Below are positions 36,488 through 49,378 of a DNA stretch of 64,000 bases, in pieces (the stretch's first letter is position 1; every line of letters begins with the position of its first letter). The stretch lies in the NCBI GenBank assembly GCA_964019425.1, contig OZ025803.1:1-64000 (forward strand). The letters run 5' to 3'. The position numbers and the translations under genes are program-made. Source of the stretch: Flectonema sp. DT1601 (Eukaryota). The notes under the pieces were generated by a model that saw only the letters and a list, made by a program, of their open reading frames with translations, was not told the origin of the DNA and made no database searches.

Positions 36488-39400
36488 AGAGAGTCAACAG
36501 CGAAATATTTTTTAGATACGAGTCATATTTTCTCTTTTTTTTAAATGCCAGACTATCAAGACACAGACACGTCATGCGCACTATTCCATTATCGCCAACC
36601 CGACGGCTGGTTTACTCATCACCTTTCTGTGTGACAGCAGTTCCTTTTGTGAACCGCGAAAAGGTAAACTACTCAATAGGTTTATACAACTCGTATTGTA
36701 TCAAAACTAGATAATTAAATCAAAAAGCTCGTGACACAGTGACTAATAATATTAATACTCCGCAACGTACATTACAATACGTATCTGCAACACGTCTCTT
36801 TTTCCGTGTTGTCATTGCAGTACAGAAGGGGGATTTCTTACTGAAAGGCGAAAAGAAATTATAACTTTCAGTTAACAGCAGGAAAAGGAAAAAAAAAAAG
36901 AAATCTTCTACTTCACAGCGAAAATGAAATTATTTGAACCTTCCCATTTTTTTTTTTTTTTTTTTTTGGTTACACTCGTCTGTGCTTCCCAATGGCGAAA
37001 TCTCTTCTTTTTTTTTTTTTTTTTTTTTTTTTTGGTTTCTCTTTTTTTTCTTTTTTTTTTTTTCCTTCCCCCCCGTTCAATAGCAAATGGGAGACAATTT
37101 GAGTACGTACTATTCATACTGAAATCCCATCATATGTCACAGTCACAGCTGAGAGAGCCCCGACCCAGTTATTTTGATTCGACTCTATAGGAAGACGGAT
37201 ATCGAACTTTAAAAAAGAATCGGCCAACTTCACTTTTTATCTTCTACTTACACCCACGCGCAATCGGTACAAAACCCTAATAAAGGAATAGGTTGGTTAC
37301 GCTGAAAAAATTCGATAATGGACAAAAGAAATTAACGAGAGAGTAAACAACATACTGGGATTGGGGGGGCCACGCACTACATGGTGAGCGCACCACGCCC
37401 TGCAGGCTGTAGCTTCTTAATTATGATTGTGCCGACGAATAAGTTTTATTTTATTTTTTTTATTTATTTACGAAACCAAAAAAATCAGTAAAGTTCAACA
37501 GGGTAACAGTTAGATCGATACCCCAGCCGTAAGACTCCCACTGACGATAAAATGCAAACAGATACAACAAAGTACAAAAAAACAGAAAAACAAAATACAA
37601 AAGTAAAAAAGAAAACCATAGCCACTCCAGTGGAGGACACGATGACTGCGGGTAACAATCCGGCATTTCTACATTGGTATTGTTGCCCGCACAATACTTA
37701 TCACGATGTGTTTCATTCCTTTGATTCAGAGGTATTACACGCATTGAACCAGTAAGTAAGTCATTATATTATAAAGAAGAAATTCAAAGCAACAATTGCT
37801 TTCTCACAAGTCGATCCGCCAAAAAAAAAAAAAAAAAAAATAATCTTATCAGGGAAATCTTCCTAAAAAAAGATTAAACCTTCAATATGAGAGAACATTT
37901 GAGTTTTTTTTTTTTTTTTTTTGCGGCTAAAAATCCTGCACATCGAAAAAAAAATTTTTTCAAAAAATAAGCTTAGTAAATTTTTTTTTGATTGAGGCGG
38001 CATTTTAGTGTACCTCATCATTTCGGTCTATTTCCGTCCGAAATCCTACCCGTGGGCAAGTACTAAAACTAAATATAAATCGAAAGGTTGATCGGAAACT
38101 TCTGATTAAAGAACGCTAAGCATGTGCTAGTGGAGTGATAACAGGAATTAATTTTGATGCTATGATTAAATATAAAGCAACTTGAAACTGGCTAAAAGAA
38201 TCTTGGGTTTGGCAAAATCTGGTTGCAATGAAAAGAGACAAGGAGTTGGTGTCTATAAAATCACATTTATGCTGTCGAATATGGGGATTCAGGCTATGGA
38301 CTACAGGAGGTTGAGCGCCCCATTTCCTGTTGCCCGTTAAAGATTAAAACTAGTATTTCCATACACTTTTATTTATTATTTATTTATTTATTTACGAAGC
38401 CAAATGCCAGAAAAGCTCACAGGATAACAGTTATATCGCTACCAGCAACTGTGAGACTCTCACAGACGATAAGAGACGTAGAATAACCTGGAACAAATGA
38501 CTACCTAAACCCACCGTCCACGCGAGCAGACGGCTGATAACGCCAATTTTCAAAATCAAATAAATGTTAAAAGGATATTTTTGAGAGAGAGAAAAACTAT
38601 AGTATTTCTGCAAAAAAAAAAAAAAAAATGAAATTTAATATTTCTGGTTCACGGCACACTGCCAGCAGGAGCACATCATCTTTTTATGATGTGATAAGTG
38701 CCATGGCGTACCACTAATACAACAAATAAATACTCAGTTATGGATTTGATTATTAAATTATTAGAGGATTCAGGTTCACATCTCAAGCTTTTTTTTTTTT
38801 CCTTCAAAATATTAATAGTGATAAAACATTGGATATATACAAGATTCGATCAATAAGATTTTGGTACCACTCCTTTCTCAAAGTCTGCTATGTACTATTC
38901 CAAGATCCCCATTCGGTACTTAAAGTACCTTTTAAAGCCATCGATTAATCACAGAAACAATTACCAATCGTTAGTGGAGGTGACTGTTCGATCGTATTCG
39001 TGTTAAATATTTTCGATCCTAACGACCTGCTGAGGATCTATGACAGCGAGTCATAGAGTACACACGACAATAGAAAGAGAAAGAAAAGAGAGAGAATTGA
39101 CTTCTGTACTAAACAACTGTCTGTCTCAGAACGGAAGACTGTTTTCATTAGTTCTTTTTTTTTTTTTTTTTTGTATTAAAAAAAATCAATAATACTTAAC
39201 ATGACGTACATCTAAAAATCCACTACAGTCAGTACCACGAAGTACTTCAGGGCTAAGTCTGCAGCTTTGAAGGGCGTGAACACTTCTCCACAGCGACTGT
39301 CTCTTTTAAAACATTCAAAGTTAAACTAAAAATGATACTAAATCAAACAAAGATTTACCCACAATAACCAACAACTAACTAACGTGGACGATGATCAACT

Positions 39401-39682
39401 GCAGACACTTTTCTAAGTAACTTGTAACAAACGCTACCGTTTAGTTCAAATACTCGAAGGGGAAAAAGGAACCTTTGCATTCAAAATCCGTGATTAATAC
39501 TTACCATTGAGCACCACAAAGGAAATCCTGCAAAGAGACGTTAATTCTTGTAACTGGGCGACCCAATTGCGGATATTGTGTTCTCATTTGCGGCTGGAAG
39601 GACCAGCTGTCCACCTTGCCCAGAGACTAACAAGTTGAAAACAACAAAAAGAAAAAAGAAATGATCTGGGGGGGTGAAGTAA

Positions 39683-40775
39683 GTTTAGTTTAGTTTAGTT
39701 TAGTTTAGTTAGCAAAATACAAACTGATGACTACGAGGGGTCTGGGTAGCCCGCATCAGTAAGGACCCAATCGCGAAGATTGTAGTTTCATAGTATTGGC
39801 TGGAAGTGATCGACTTCCAGCCTCCACCTTGCCCAGAGGCTAACAGGTTGTAAACAACAAAAGAAAATAGTAACATAACGGGAGGGTGATGAATGGGAGT
39901 AAATAAATAAAAATAAATATAATAAAAAAAATCCACATCTTTTCCATAATATTATATTAAACCGTTCTTCGTGAAATAATCACGTGTGTCTAATCCCGAA
40001 AGAAAACAAAAAAAAAGCTTGGAACTTGTCAACAAGACCAGTAGTCTTAATCATTAATATCGCAATGGGCTTACCGAACTTTAAATAGAGTACCACAAAA
40101 TTAAGGCAATATGAATAACTACACCAAACTGTAAGGAACAGAATTAAAAAGGAACTTCAAAATGAAATCTTTTTTTGGACACAAAACTAAGTTTTGACTG
40201 ATATATCGGTTAAAAATTATTTTTGCGCGACCAAATTCTGCACATTGAAAATTTTTTCAAAAAAAAAAATTAATGAAGCAGCATTTTAATGTTCAGTCTA
40301 TTTCTGTCCAACATCGGGAAGTTGTTCGTCACCCGAATTGCTCCGCCTTGAGCAAGTTAATCGAAGGGTCGATTCGGAAAAACTTGCCCAGCAGGATTCA
40401 AGGGGGAAAAGATCGGGAAAAAACTATCGAAGAGGGCCATTTACGATGAATTATGAATCAGCACTCTGGGGATCGAGAAAAGAAGGGGGGGCTTGGATAA
40501 GTGAATCAAGGTTAAGGTGGTTATGATAATTGCAGAAACAGTAACAACTTTTCAAGTTCTTAACTGAAAAAAATATTTTTTAGTTAGTTAGCAAAATATA
40601 GAACTGATGACTACGGGGGGACTGGGTAGCCCGCATCAGTAAGGACCCAAGCGCGAAGATTGTAGTTTTATAGCTTCGGCTGGAAGTGATAGACTTCCAA
40701 CTTCCACCTTGTCCAGGAGCTAACAAGTTGAAAACAACTAAAGAAAATAAAGAGAAATGATCTGGGAGTGGGGGA
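39683..40775 (-). repeat. Dispersed structured repeat with (TAAAC/TAAC)n tail; copies ~39683-39900 and ~40577-40775, partial copies ~39590-39680 and ~26615-26730
   Basis: Shared actgatgactacg...gcatcagtaaggaccc...ggctggaagtgat.gacttcca...ccaccttg(c/t)cca, preceded on + by (gttta)n. Confidence 0.7.
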
Positions 40776-42936
40776 AGGTGAAAAAAGAATTGGCTTTAAC
40801 TTCAACTATACAGAAAATAATGATATAACACTGTGATTTTTTGTTTGTGCACGAAACCGTGAACCGACTTAAACTGATAAAGCTAAAGGAGGTTTACGTG
40901 TGCTGCCAACATTCTTTTTCGTTCTTACAATACTTGTTAAATGCAAAAAAAAAATAAAAAATCTTTTCTATTCCATCTACAGCATCTTTCTTTATAATAC
41001 GACCATACATGTACCACATGCCCACATACCACGAAAGAAAACAGAAACTCCCGGAACAGGACCGAGGATCGTTCACCCCCAGTTGTCCAAGGTATTATAA
41101 TTGTACTGTCGGCAAAAGCTGTAGAAGAGTTACCACAAAACTTGGGCAGCACAGTATATCACTCAGTAAGAAATGAAAACAAAAGGATCTGGTAAGATAA
41201 TAGTCAGTTTATAGTCAAAGATTTATGTTAAGAAAAGGATACGTTCGAAAAAAGAAAGGGGGGGAAATATTATTTTTTTATCTTATTAACTAGAAACGTG
41301 GTCGAATCTGACGACGCATCTCGTTGTCTCTCGGGGATAATAAGGCCGTAATTTGATACTGCATTTTTAGGGGGTAACTTGATACTATGATTAAATATAA
41401 AGCAACTTGAAGGAGGGGTAATCTGATACTGCATTTTAAAGTTCAAGGAGGGGGGACCTTTGATACGATGGGGGGACTTGGAAATAAATCAAGGTTAACA
41501 CGCAACAAATTAGACATGAATCATTATAACTGGATTCTGTCCACAGGGGGGACTTGGATAAATAAATCAAGGGTTAACACAGGGGGGGGGGAAGGTTTTT
41601 TAAAAAAATTGGGGATGTTCTTTATGTTTTGTTTTCCATTCCAGGTCCGGGATTAATAATAGTTATCATTGACCACCACAAAAGGAAATCCTGCAGAGGG
41701 ACGATAAGAATATCCTCAGCAACTGGTTTTTTATTTATGAAGTATTGGGTTGGTTAATTACAAGTGCAGTGCAAATATTGTAATGGAGGGATAACTTAAT
41801 AATATGATTAAATATAAAGCAATTTGAAGGGGACAAACTGATACTGCTTTATCAGCTCAAAGGCATAACAATCTCTCGAACAATGTTGACAGTCAGCGGC
41901 AATAATACCACTAGAGGCCACGTGAACATAGTCGAGCGTCTATTGTTTTATGTTACCGTAATAGGTTCTTATAAAATTCATGAGTACCTAAGCAATAGCT
42001 AAATCGTTGTAAAAACGTAGCTCTTGCCAAGGGAGGGATAACTTGTTACTAGAAGGGGGGTTTTGGATAAATAAATCGGGGGCGGCTTTCATCATTAGCC
42101 ATGTACTATAATTTGCTGATTAAAAAGACCAAATGGCGAACCACCGTTTTTTGAAATTATTTAAACGTAGCGAATCTTACTACTAACAAAAAACCTAAAA
42201 GAGGAAACATGATAACCGCATATTCAGTCAACAACCGGCAAAGTGCCATTCCCTTGCTACAATCCACTCATAAATGTAAATCGAAATGCCCCACATGGCT
42301 ATACACCACAGTTAAACTCCCCGGGGGGCGACGGGAGTAAATTAAAGAGGGAAAAGAAAGATCGTCTTCAGTCATGCCGCTCCAAATTAAGAAGGGAGAG
42401 CAGAACATCCTCATAATTCACACAGGAAGAGGGGAATTAGCCGTATTTCAGCTTATCTTATCCCCTGGGAAGGAGGAGGTAACTTGATACTATCTTATCA
42501 ATAAGATTTAATACGATACGAAAAGATTTATCTGACTGGGTAAACTAATACTGTCCTGCCAAAGCTTATGGGGTGCCAAGGTAATCCTGCAAAGAGACGT
42601 TAATCCTCCCTTCAGCATGATTACTAATGTTTAGAAGTACATACCCATGTCTACTTTGACAGATCGCACCCTCCCCGATTCCAAAAAAAAGAAATCGAGC
42701 AAAAAGGATCGTATTGTGCAAACTTGCTCAGGCAGTAAGAAAATGGTTGTCTCTTTAGTTGCAAAAAATCCAAAGACGGAAGGAGAGAGATTCGTGTCTT
42801 CAATCAGACATCATTAACGATATGTAAACCTTTTATTTAATTTCCAATATAATCAAGACAACAACGATCATTGTTGAATTACTCAGTAGATATTTCAACA
42901 CGTGTGAGGGTCCAGATGACTTCCCCGCCAATGTGT

Positions 42937-45162
42937 TTATCTTCTCAACATCGGATCACTTGGCTTAGGTGGAAGAGAACAAACATGAGCCATACACCAA
43001 CCTCCCCAATTGTAGTACGAAACTGGATCTGGTGGTTTTGGACATTCACCTTGAAACAGAAGAGAGTTTCCGTTGTCATCATCTTTTTCTGAAATTTTGG
43101 TCTTCATACTGAGAGGAAGAAGATGAGTATCTGGGAATCGGTTCATCATGTCAGCGAATACCTCCGGGTAAGGAAGGATACCGTGAAGAATCATAGAAGA
43201 GTCTGTGATGTTTTGAAGAATCGTCCATTCGTTTCTCGCATCAATTCTGTGAATGCAATGACCTCTGCAATCTCTCACAACATTAAGACGAAGGTTAGCA
43301 AGATAGAACCATCTTCCAACCATCACATCTTCGTACATGAAATCAAAATCTTCAGAGATCACAGAGTCTCTCATCCAATCGACGAGATCGTAACTCAACG
43401 TAACCAACAGTCCTGAAGTTCTGGAGATTCCAAACCACGGGAGAAACCGTCCGTGATAAATTGCTGGGTACGCAAATGATTCCAACTCATTCGCCAACAT
43501 GTTCAATCGGTAGAAAGCATCATCGTCTCCCTTACAAACGTAATCTGCCTTCACAAAGTCAGCAGCGTACATAAAAAATGCATACGACTTGCGACTCATT
43601 CCGATGTGGCAATCAACTCCTTTTGGTCCCACTCCACTCCAGTTTCCTTCCTTCATATCGAAGAACAGAATGTCTTGTGCCTGAACAGCTTCCTTCAGAA
43701 TCCCATTAGAGTATGTGTAATTAGTCGAAGGATGGTGAGCCAACAGATACTTTGCGAGGACATTCGCATGAGGACTCTTCTTAACATTCCAAACTTGATG
43801 GTAGGTAAAGAAAGAGTTTCTTTGAAGGTTTCTAAAGTACGCTCCCTTCTTCGTGTCAACTGAAGGGATTCCAAATAAAACAATCCAATGCTTTGTCAGG
43901 TCAGCGTCATTCGGAAATAAATCTTCTCTTTTGTGAGGAATGTAACGAGGGATACGTTGCTTTCTTCTGTCGGTGGACCAAATAAAGTATGTTTCAGGGT
44001 GCTGCGATCCTCTAATCTTCGAACGCGCTTCAGCCAAGTCATCAAAGTAAGGCACCAACTCTCCCGGATGTTGAAGTGTGAAATTAAGATACGGCACTTC
44101 CACTGGCCTCTGAAACAGTTGACTGAACTTCGACCACTGTCCTGAGGTGTCCGTCTCATTCTTCCACCTGTTACACACCGACAGCAATAAGTTACTGATA
44201 CTGCTCGCCTCCTGTGTTTTTTATTGTTGTTAAGATGTTTATGCCGAGTGAGTGCCTTGTGTACGTAATTGTGTGAATAAAATAACTGAACATACACAAG
44301 CGATCCAAGGGGCTTGATTAAAAGAGAATACACTAATTTGATTCATCTTATAAAGAACGTACTCAGGGTCCTTAATAACAACTGCCGTACTGATACCATA
44401 ACGGAAACTGAGGTTTCCCCAATCGTCGTCACTCGAATAGAAGTCGTTCATGAAATCTTGGAAGCAGGTCCCACGATGGGTTCTTGCCTTGCGATCCAAC
44501 TTTTTGAAAATTCTTCGACTTGGGTTAATGACCATAGTAGAGGTTGAGAACTGATTTGTCCACCACCCTCCCGTATCATAAAGTGGAGCTGCTGCCAGTT
44601 TGTTGCCGGGTTTGAGAGGCATAGTGGCCAATGAATTAATATCACCACTAATAAATGATTGAACATCCAAATAAATAATTCGTTCGATTCCATACATACC
44701 CCACAAGGCGCGGAGTGCCAGCTGTTTGGATGAATCGAAGCCGCTCCTCAGAGTACAGATCTTCCATCCAGCAACCATCAACATTTGTCGGGCAGAGAGT
44801 GACATCTTGTGGCTCGGATGCTGCAAGATCCACGGCGTGAATGGCTTTCCCATATTTGTACTCGCACGTCGGAGCATACTCTTCATTGCGTTGATCTCAC
44901 TCATCGTTTCATCACCGCTCATCATTGTCCACAAAGTAAGGTTCTCAGTCTTTGAAGTACCTAAATTCTCACAAAGAGGGAATATCGCCGAAGTCGGATT
45001 TGTGACCGTGTAAGTAGTCATCGGTGATGCACGAAGCAACACATTAACCACTGCCAAGAAGAAGATGGCCATAGTCGCATGAGCCGCCTTGCTCTGCATG
45101 CAAGGCCGCTTTTCAACAACTGGTGTCTCCCCCACTTTACCCTTGGGTTCTGGAGACTGCAT
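42937..45162 (-). CDS. Second copy of the GT8-like/GT67 fusion glycosyltransferase; exons 45162-44296 and 44211-42937, ~713 aa
   Basis: Duplicate of ~33427-35935 at an offset of ~9340, with the same intron at 44212-44295. Confidence 0.8.
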
Positions 45163-45503
45163 ATGTTTTATTAAATGTAAATAAAACTGAGAAAATATAA
45201 ATATGTTGAAACCACACACAAATTCACCTAACCACCACAAAGGTTGCACACAATCAGGGGATAAGAAAGATTTTTTTTTTTTGATATAAAAGAAAAATAA
45301 AGTAATAAAACACTTATGAAGGAATTCATACGACTCCAAACACAATATGTGTGTTTGCCTTGCGGCTGATACGTAACTGATACTGAGTTTGATTTTCCCC
45401 GCTGTGACTACAAAGAAGTCGAAACTGTCATCGTGTGTCTCAAGAATAGTAAAATAGAAATAATATCAAAAGAACAACAACTGCTATCAGACTTTCATAC
45501 TTC

Positions 45504-46418
45504 TCACTGGAACCTATCACCGTGGAAGCCATCAGGTTCAGGTCGCTGGTTGATGCCGTCAGCATCCTCAACTCTCGGGTGTGAGATGACCCAAATCCTG
45601 GCACCGTTCTTTGAAATTGTTGAATTATCACCTGGCTCACCACCAGTTCCTGATGTTTTACAGTGAGCATATCCAGGAAACATGTGAGGGTTGAATGGGT
45701 AAGCAGTCTTCACAACAAGTCCGCACTCTGTCACCAAACGAGGTATCTGCCAGCTGTCGTATGGCTCACCCCTCTTCAGAGATATGTGAATCTCACCAGA
45801 CTCTGGTCGGATGATTTCCTGTGCAGAGGTGAGGAAGTCAATCATTAGCTTTTTGTGAAGTGCGACGTTCTTTGCCTTGTCCTTTATACCACAACCAGTG
45901 TGGGGAAAGTTAAAAACAACTCTATCAAATATACCACTAATGTTGTCATTGTCGTCCAAGTCAGTGGCGTCAATTCCGTGAATGAGGACGACACCATTGT
46001 CAACGCAGGTCTTAATGTGACCATCAGAGTGAGCGTATTTTCTTCTTATATGATCAGCTTGGTCCAGACTGGTTGCTGTTATTCCGTCACCGTGTCCACG
46101 CAGTTTAGCAAGAGAAGCAGCGAATGAGAAATCACCCTCTCCAACCAACAAAATATTACTACCCTCTGGGTAAAGGGTTCCCTTGACACTGACCTTCTTC
46201 TTCTTTTCCTCCTGCTTTCTTGATACTTGAGTGACCTTAACTTTCTTCATCACTTCATTGCCACCAATTCCACCACCAGCTCTGGTGACCAGTGATTTCA
46301 TCTTGTTCCCCTTCTTTGTTACTCCCAGTAACATTTTTGTTGCAGCCTTACCCATCTTACCAGATCCTTTGATCTTCTTGTGCTTGGCCGCACCTCTCTT
46401 GAAAACTCGCTTTGCCAT
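45504..46418 (-). CDS. BMT5-like 25S rRNA (uridine-N3) methyltransferase domain protein (DUF2431)
   Basis: ILLVGEGDFSFA, ATSLD, HGIDAT, FDRVVFNFPH, GEPYDSW, FPGY motifs and a basic N-terminus. Likely start MAKRVFK. Confidence 0.88.
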   Translation of the reverse strand: MAKRVFKRGAAKHKKIKGSGKMGKAATKMLLGVTKKGNKMKSLVTRAGGGIGGNEVMKKVKVTQVSRKQEEKKKKVSVKGTLYPEGSNILLVGEGDFSFAASLAKLRGHGDGITATSLDQADHIRRKYAHSDGHIKTCVDNGVVLIHGIDATDLDDNDNISGIFDRVVFNFPHTGCGIKDKAKNVALHKKLMIDFLTSAQEIIRPESGEIHISLKRGEPYDSWQIPRLVTECGLVVKTAYPFNPHMFPGYAHCKTSGTGGEPGDNSTISKNGARIWVISHPRVEDADGINQRPEPDGFHGDRFQ

Positions 46419-46856
46419 TGTACCCGTTATGCTGAAGTGGAAAAAAAAAGCTAAAGATACGTGTGATGCATTTACTTCTTTCCTTCGTCCTACATGCATT
46501 TACACTGCGTGTCTGAAATCACAACTCTCTTCGCACGTCTTCATCGGAATTATTTTTTATCACTTGTTGAACTAAATAAATAACCGCACACGAGGAATAA
46601 ACTTCCGATATCAGAAACCCGATTGAAATATAACCAGGTCTGGCTAAGGGATAGAAGAATATAATAAATACTATTTTGGGTAAGTTCAGTCAGACAGGAT
46701 TACTAACAATGAAATGAATATTAAAACAGATTAAAAGATCGTTGGTATCTCAAAAAGGAAATACTTTCCGATGCTGAGCCTCTCTTCAGAATCAACGCTT
46801 TGACGAGTCAAGTGGGTCCAAAGGACGAAAGGGTTCCCCTCTCGATAATCCCCTTG

Positions 46857-47861
46857 TTATATATCCAGTAAACCTTCCGTGTTAACGGGTTTCCTCCTCT
46901 TCGTTGATTGCGGAGTAGGTTGAGTTCTTTTAGGTGTTCGTGAAGCAGATCTTTTTGTGAAAACACTCATTGCAGGAGTACGACGTGCGATAATTGCCAG
47001 AGCGCGGGACGTACTACCAGCTCGGGGAGTAGGAGTAAGACCAGCAGATTGAAGTAATTTATTACGAAGAGGAGTAGAAGTTGTTGATGAGTTGGTCTTA
47101 CTGCTTTCTGTAAGTCGATTTGCGCTAAGCTCTCGAGACCGAACACTTGGCATTCGATAGGCAGAAGCATCCTTATCGATGGCTAACACTAATGGTGTGC
47201 CATCTAACTCACCCCAAGTCATGATTGGTTCTTCACTTTCAGGAGTTATTAATGGTGTTTTTAATGTATCATACTGTTTGTGGGTCTTCCCTTCTCCGAT
47301 TTGCCCGGTTTCGCGTTTCTTCACTCCGACTCGCTTCCTTTCTGATTCTTTTAAAAACCGCGTCGCCGACCTGTTGATATTGCTAGCAGGAGGTTCCATT
47401 TTCCCAGAATGCTTTTTCCTTGTATTTGATGCCTGCCCTTTTAATAAAAGGGTTTTCGGATCATCCAGAGCGAGGGTTTCGGGAGCAGCGGAAGCCTCGA
47501 TGGAGAGAGGAATGGGTTTGCCACTATCAGAGTAGGCCCAGCTGTACTTCTTTTTGTGCTCTTCGTGGTCTTTTTGTAACAGCAGCTCACACGATACATC
47601 TTCTTCATTAGTGTACCTCGCCATATATTCATCAAGTCCTAAGGAGTTGCCTCCTGTTTTTGATTCGTCAGGAGTACACTCTTCCTGTATTCTCTGAGCT
47701 GTACTAATATCTCCAACAGATACTGCGTCTAAGTACCTTTCTTGTTGACGTAGTTTTTCAAGATTTGGGAAGTAGTCTCTCTCAATTATTTCATCCATCT
47801 TTCCCAAGTACTCCTCATCTGGTAGAACTTTCCTTCCGCGGTATTTACCTTCCTGATCCAT
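46857..47861 (-). CDS. ESS2: Splicing factor ESS-2 / DGCR14 (Es2 family)
   Basis: VLPDEEY...IIERDYFPNL, LDEYMARYTNEED, PIMTWGELDGTP motifs. Confidence 0.88.
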   Translation of the reverse strand: MDQEGKYRGRKVLPDEEYLGKMDEIIERDYFPNLEKLRQQERYLDAVSVGDISTAQRIQEECTPDESKTGGNSLGLDEYMARYTNEEDVSCELLLQKDHEEHKKKYSWAYSDSGKPIPLSIEASAAPETLALDDPKTLLLKGQASNTRKKHSGKMEPPASNINRSATRFLKESERKRVGVKKRETGQIGEGKTHKQYDTLKTPLITPESEEPIMTWGELDGTPLVLAIDKDASAYRMPSVRSRELSANRLTESSKTNSSTTSTPLRNKLLQSAGLTPTPRAGSTSRALAIIARRTPAMSVFTKRSASRTPKRTQPTPQSTKRRKPVNTEGLLDI

Positions 47862-48188
47862 GTTTGCTGTTATAACTGATGGAATGAATGACTTAAAGAA
47901 CTATTCAGAAATATTAAAAAGATATTTAACTGAAATTACTTCAGCAACACGTCGTAGACTGAGATTGCAACGAGTGCAACAATACGCGCTATTCTAAATG
48001 CAGGTTAGTGTGGAAGCTAGTTAGAGCAGCAGCGCAATAAAATGAATGATTCGCTTTTTCTCATTTGCGAAACAAAAGTTACACTTTGATGTGAACACAC
48101 CTTCAAGTGATAAAGAGACAATACACCATTACTAATATTAAATAGAGTTAGTTTTGAGGAAGTAATAATTAACGACAGATGCTGTTAT

Positions 48189-49043
48189 TTATATTTGTTG
48201 TGTTTCAGCCTTCTCACGAGCCCACTTCTGAAGAGGTACATCGATAACAATTGGTGCGTACAGCGGGTGATGTAAGTGACCTCTACAAGAAGCAGCGTTC
48301 ACTGATATGATTGATTCCATATAAGAAACACCATACGAATCATGGAGGTGGCCATGAAAGTGAATCCTTGGATTTACATCCAGCACTCTTCTTGACAGCA
48401 TGTTGCAACCTTGTAAGCATGTCGACGACTTTGGTGCTTGATGAGATATTAATATATCAGTATTGGATGGGATGTCTCTCCAGACTGCTTGAAGTGGTTG
48501 TCGTTTTAACTGCCAGGCTGTATTATTAGATCGTTTTTGAATTGTGTTGGGTACTCCATACCACTTCAGACCATCGAGAGTTATCTCTGATTGGTTTAGC
48601 CATATTATTGGTGAACATTCTTCTGACATGTTTGCATTTTTTGAAAAAAGGAAATCATGATTTCCTCCAACCATTATGATGTACTTTTTTACTTTACCAA
48701 TTTTTAAGAAATGTTTTAGTTGTTTCAACAAATCCCATCCTCCAGTTGGATCTTTTCCCATGAAAGAGTCTCCAGAGTGGATTAGTATATCGCAGTCTGG
48801 AACTTCCAGATGTCTGTGGTGTCCGTGTGTATCTGACAAACTAACAATTCTGGTCATCGAATCTTCCTTTTCTGGTAGAGTTTTTCTCCACTTAGTGTCA
48901 CCAGTACTGTTTCTGTAAAGGTATCCCGCTGCGACTATTCTTCGATAAACAACAACCAGTCTTACCGCTACTAGTCTCAGTAATAGTATGATGTAGTGTC
49001 TGACTGTTAATAAGCGGTGCTTTATAATTCTGAGTAGATACAT
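48189..49043 (-). CDS. Calcineurin-like metallophosphoesterase (MPPED/239FB-like)
   Basis: SDTH, HSGD, GNHD, ISHQAP and GHLH metallophosphoesterase motifs. Confidence 0.88.
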   Translation of the reverse strand: MYLLRIIKHRLLTVRHYIILLLRLVAVRLVVVYRRIVAAGYLYRNSTGDTKWRKTLPEKEDSMTRIVSLSDTHGHHRHLEVPDCDILIHSGDSFMGKDPTGGWDLLKQLKHFLKIGKVKKYIIMVGGNHDFLFSKNANMSEECSPIIWLNQSEITLDGLKWYGVPNTIQKRSNNTAWQLKRQPLQAVWRDIPSNTDILISHQAPKSSTCLQGCNMLSRRVLDVNPRIHFHGHLHDSYGVSYMESIISVNAASCRGHLHHPLYAPIVIDVPLQKWAREKAETQQI

Positions 49044-49378
49044 TATTTTTTATTTTTATTTTTTTTTTTTTTTTGTAAAACAGAGTAATCTGAGAAATGT
49101 AATAGAAAGCGCGCGAATATCTAATATAAAAAAAACTTTTTCTTTAAAAAAAAAAACTTGAGTGCATGTTTGTGCATGTTTTTTTTCTCTTAAGCAGACT
49201 GAGAAACAATAAATTGGAAATACAAATAAACACATCACTTTACGATAGCGTAAGTAACTCAGATGCAAGTTAGGATAAGAATAGAAAACAGAAAACTATT
49301 TCACGAATACGTCGATTAATTCGCCGTTGGCATCCATTAAGAATCCCCTCACAAACCTTGGAAGCTATTTCAGAGATT

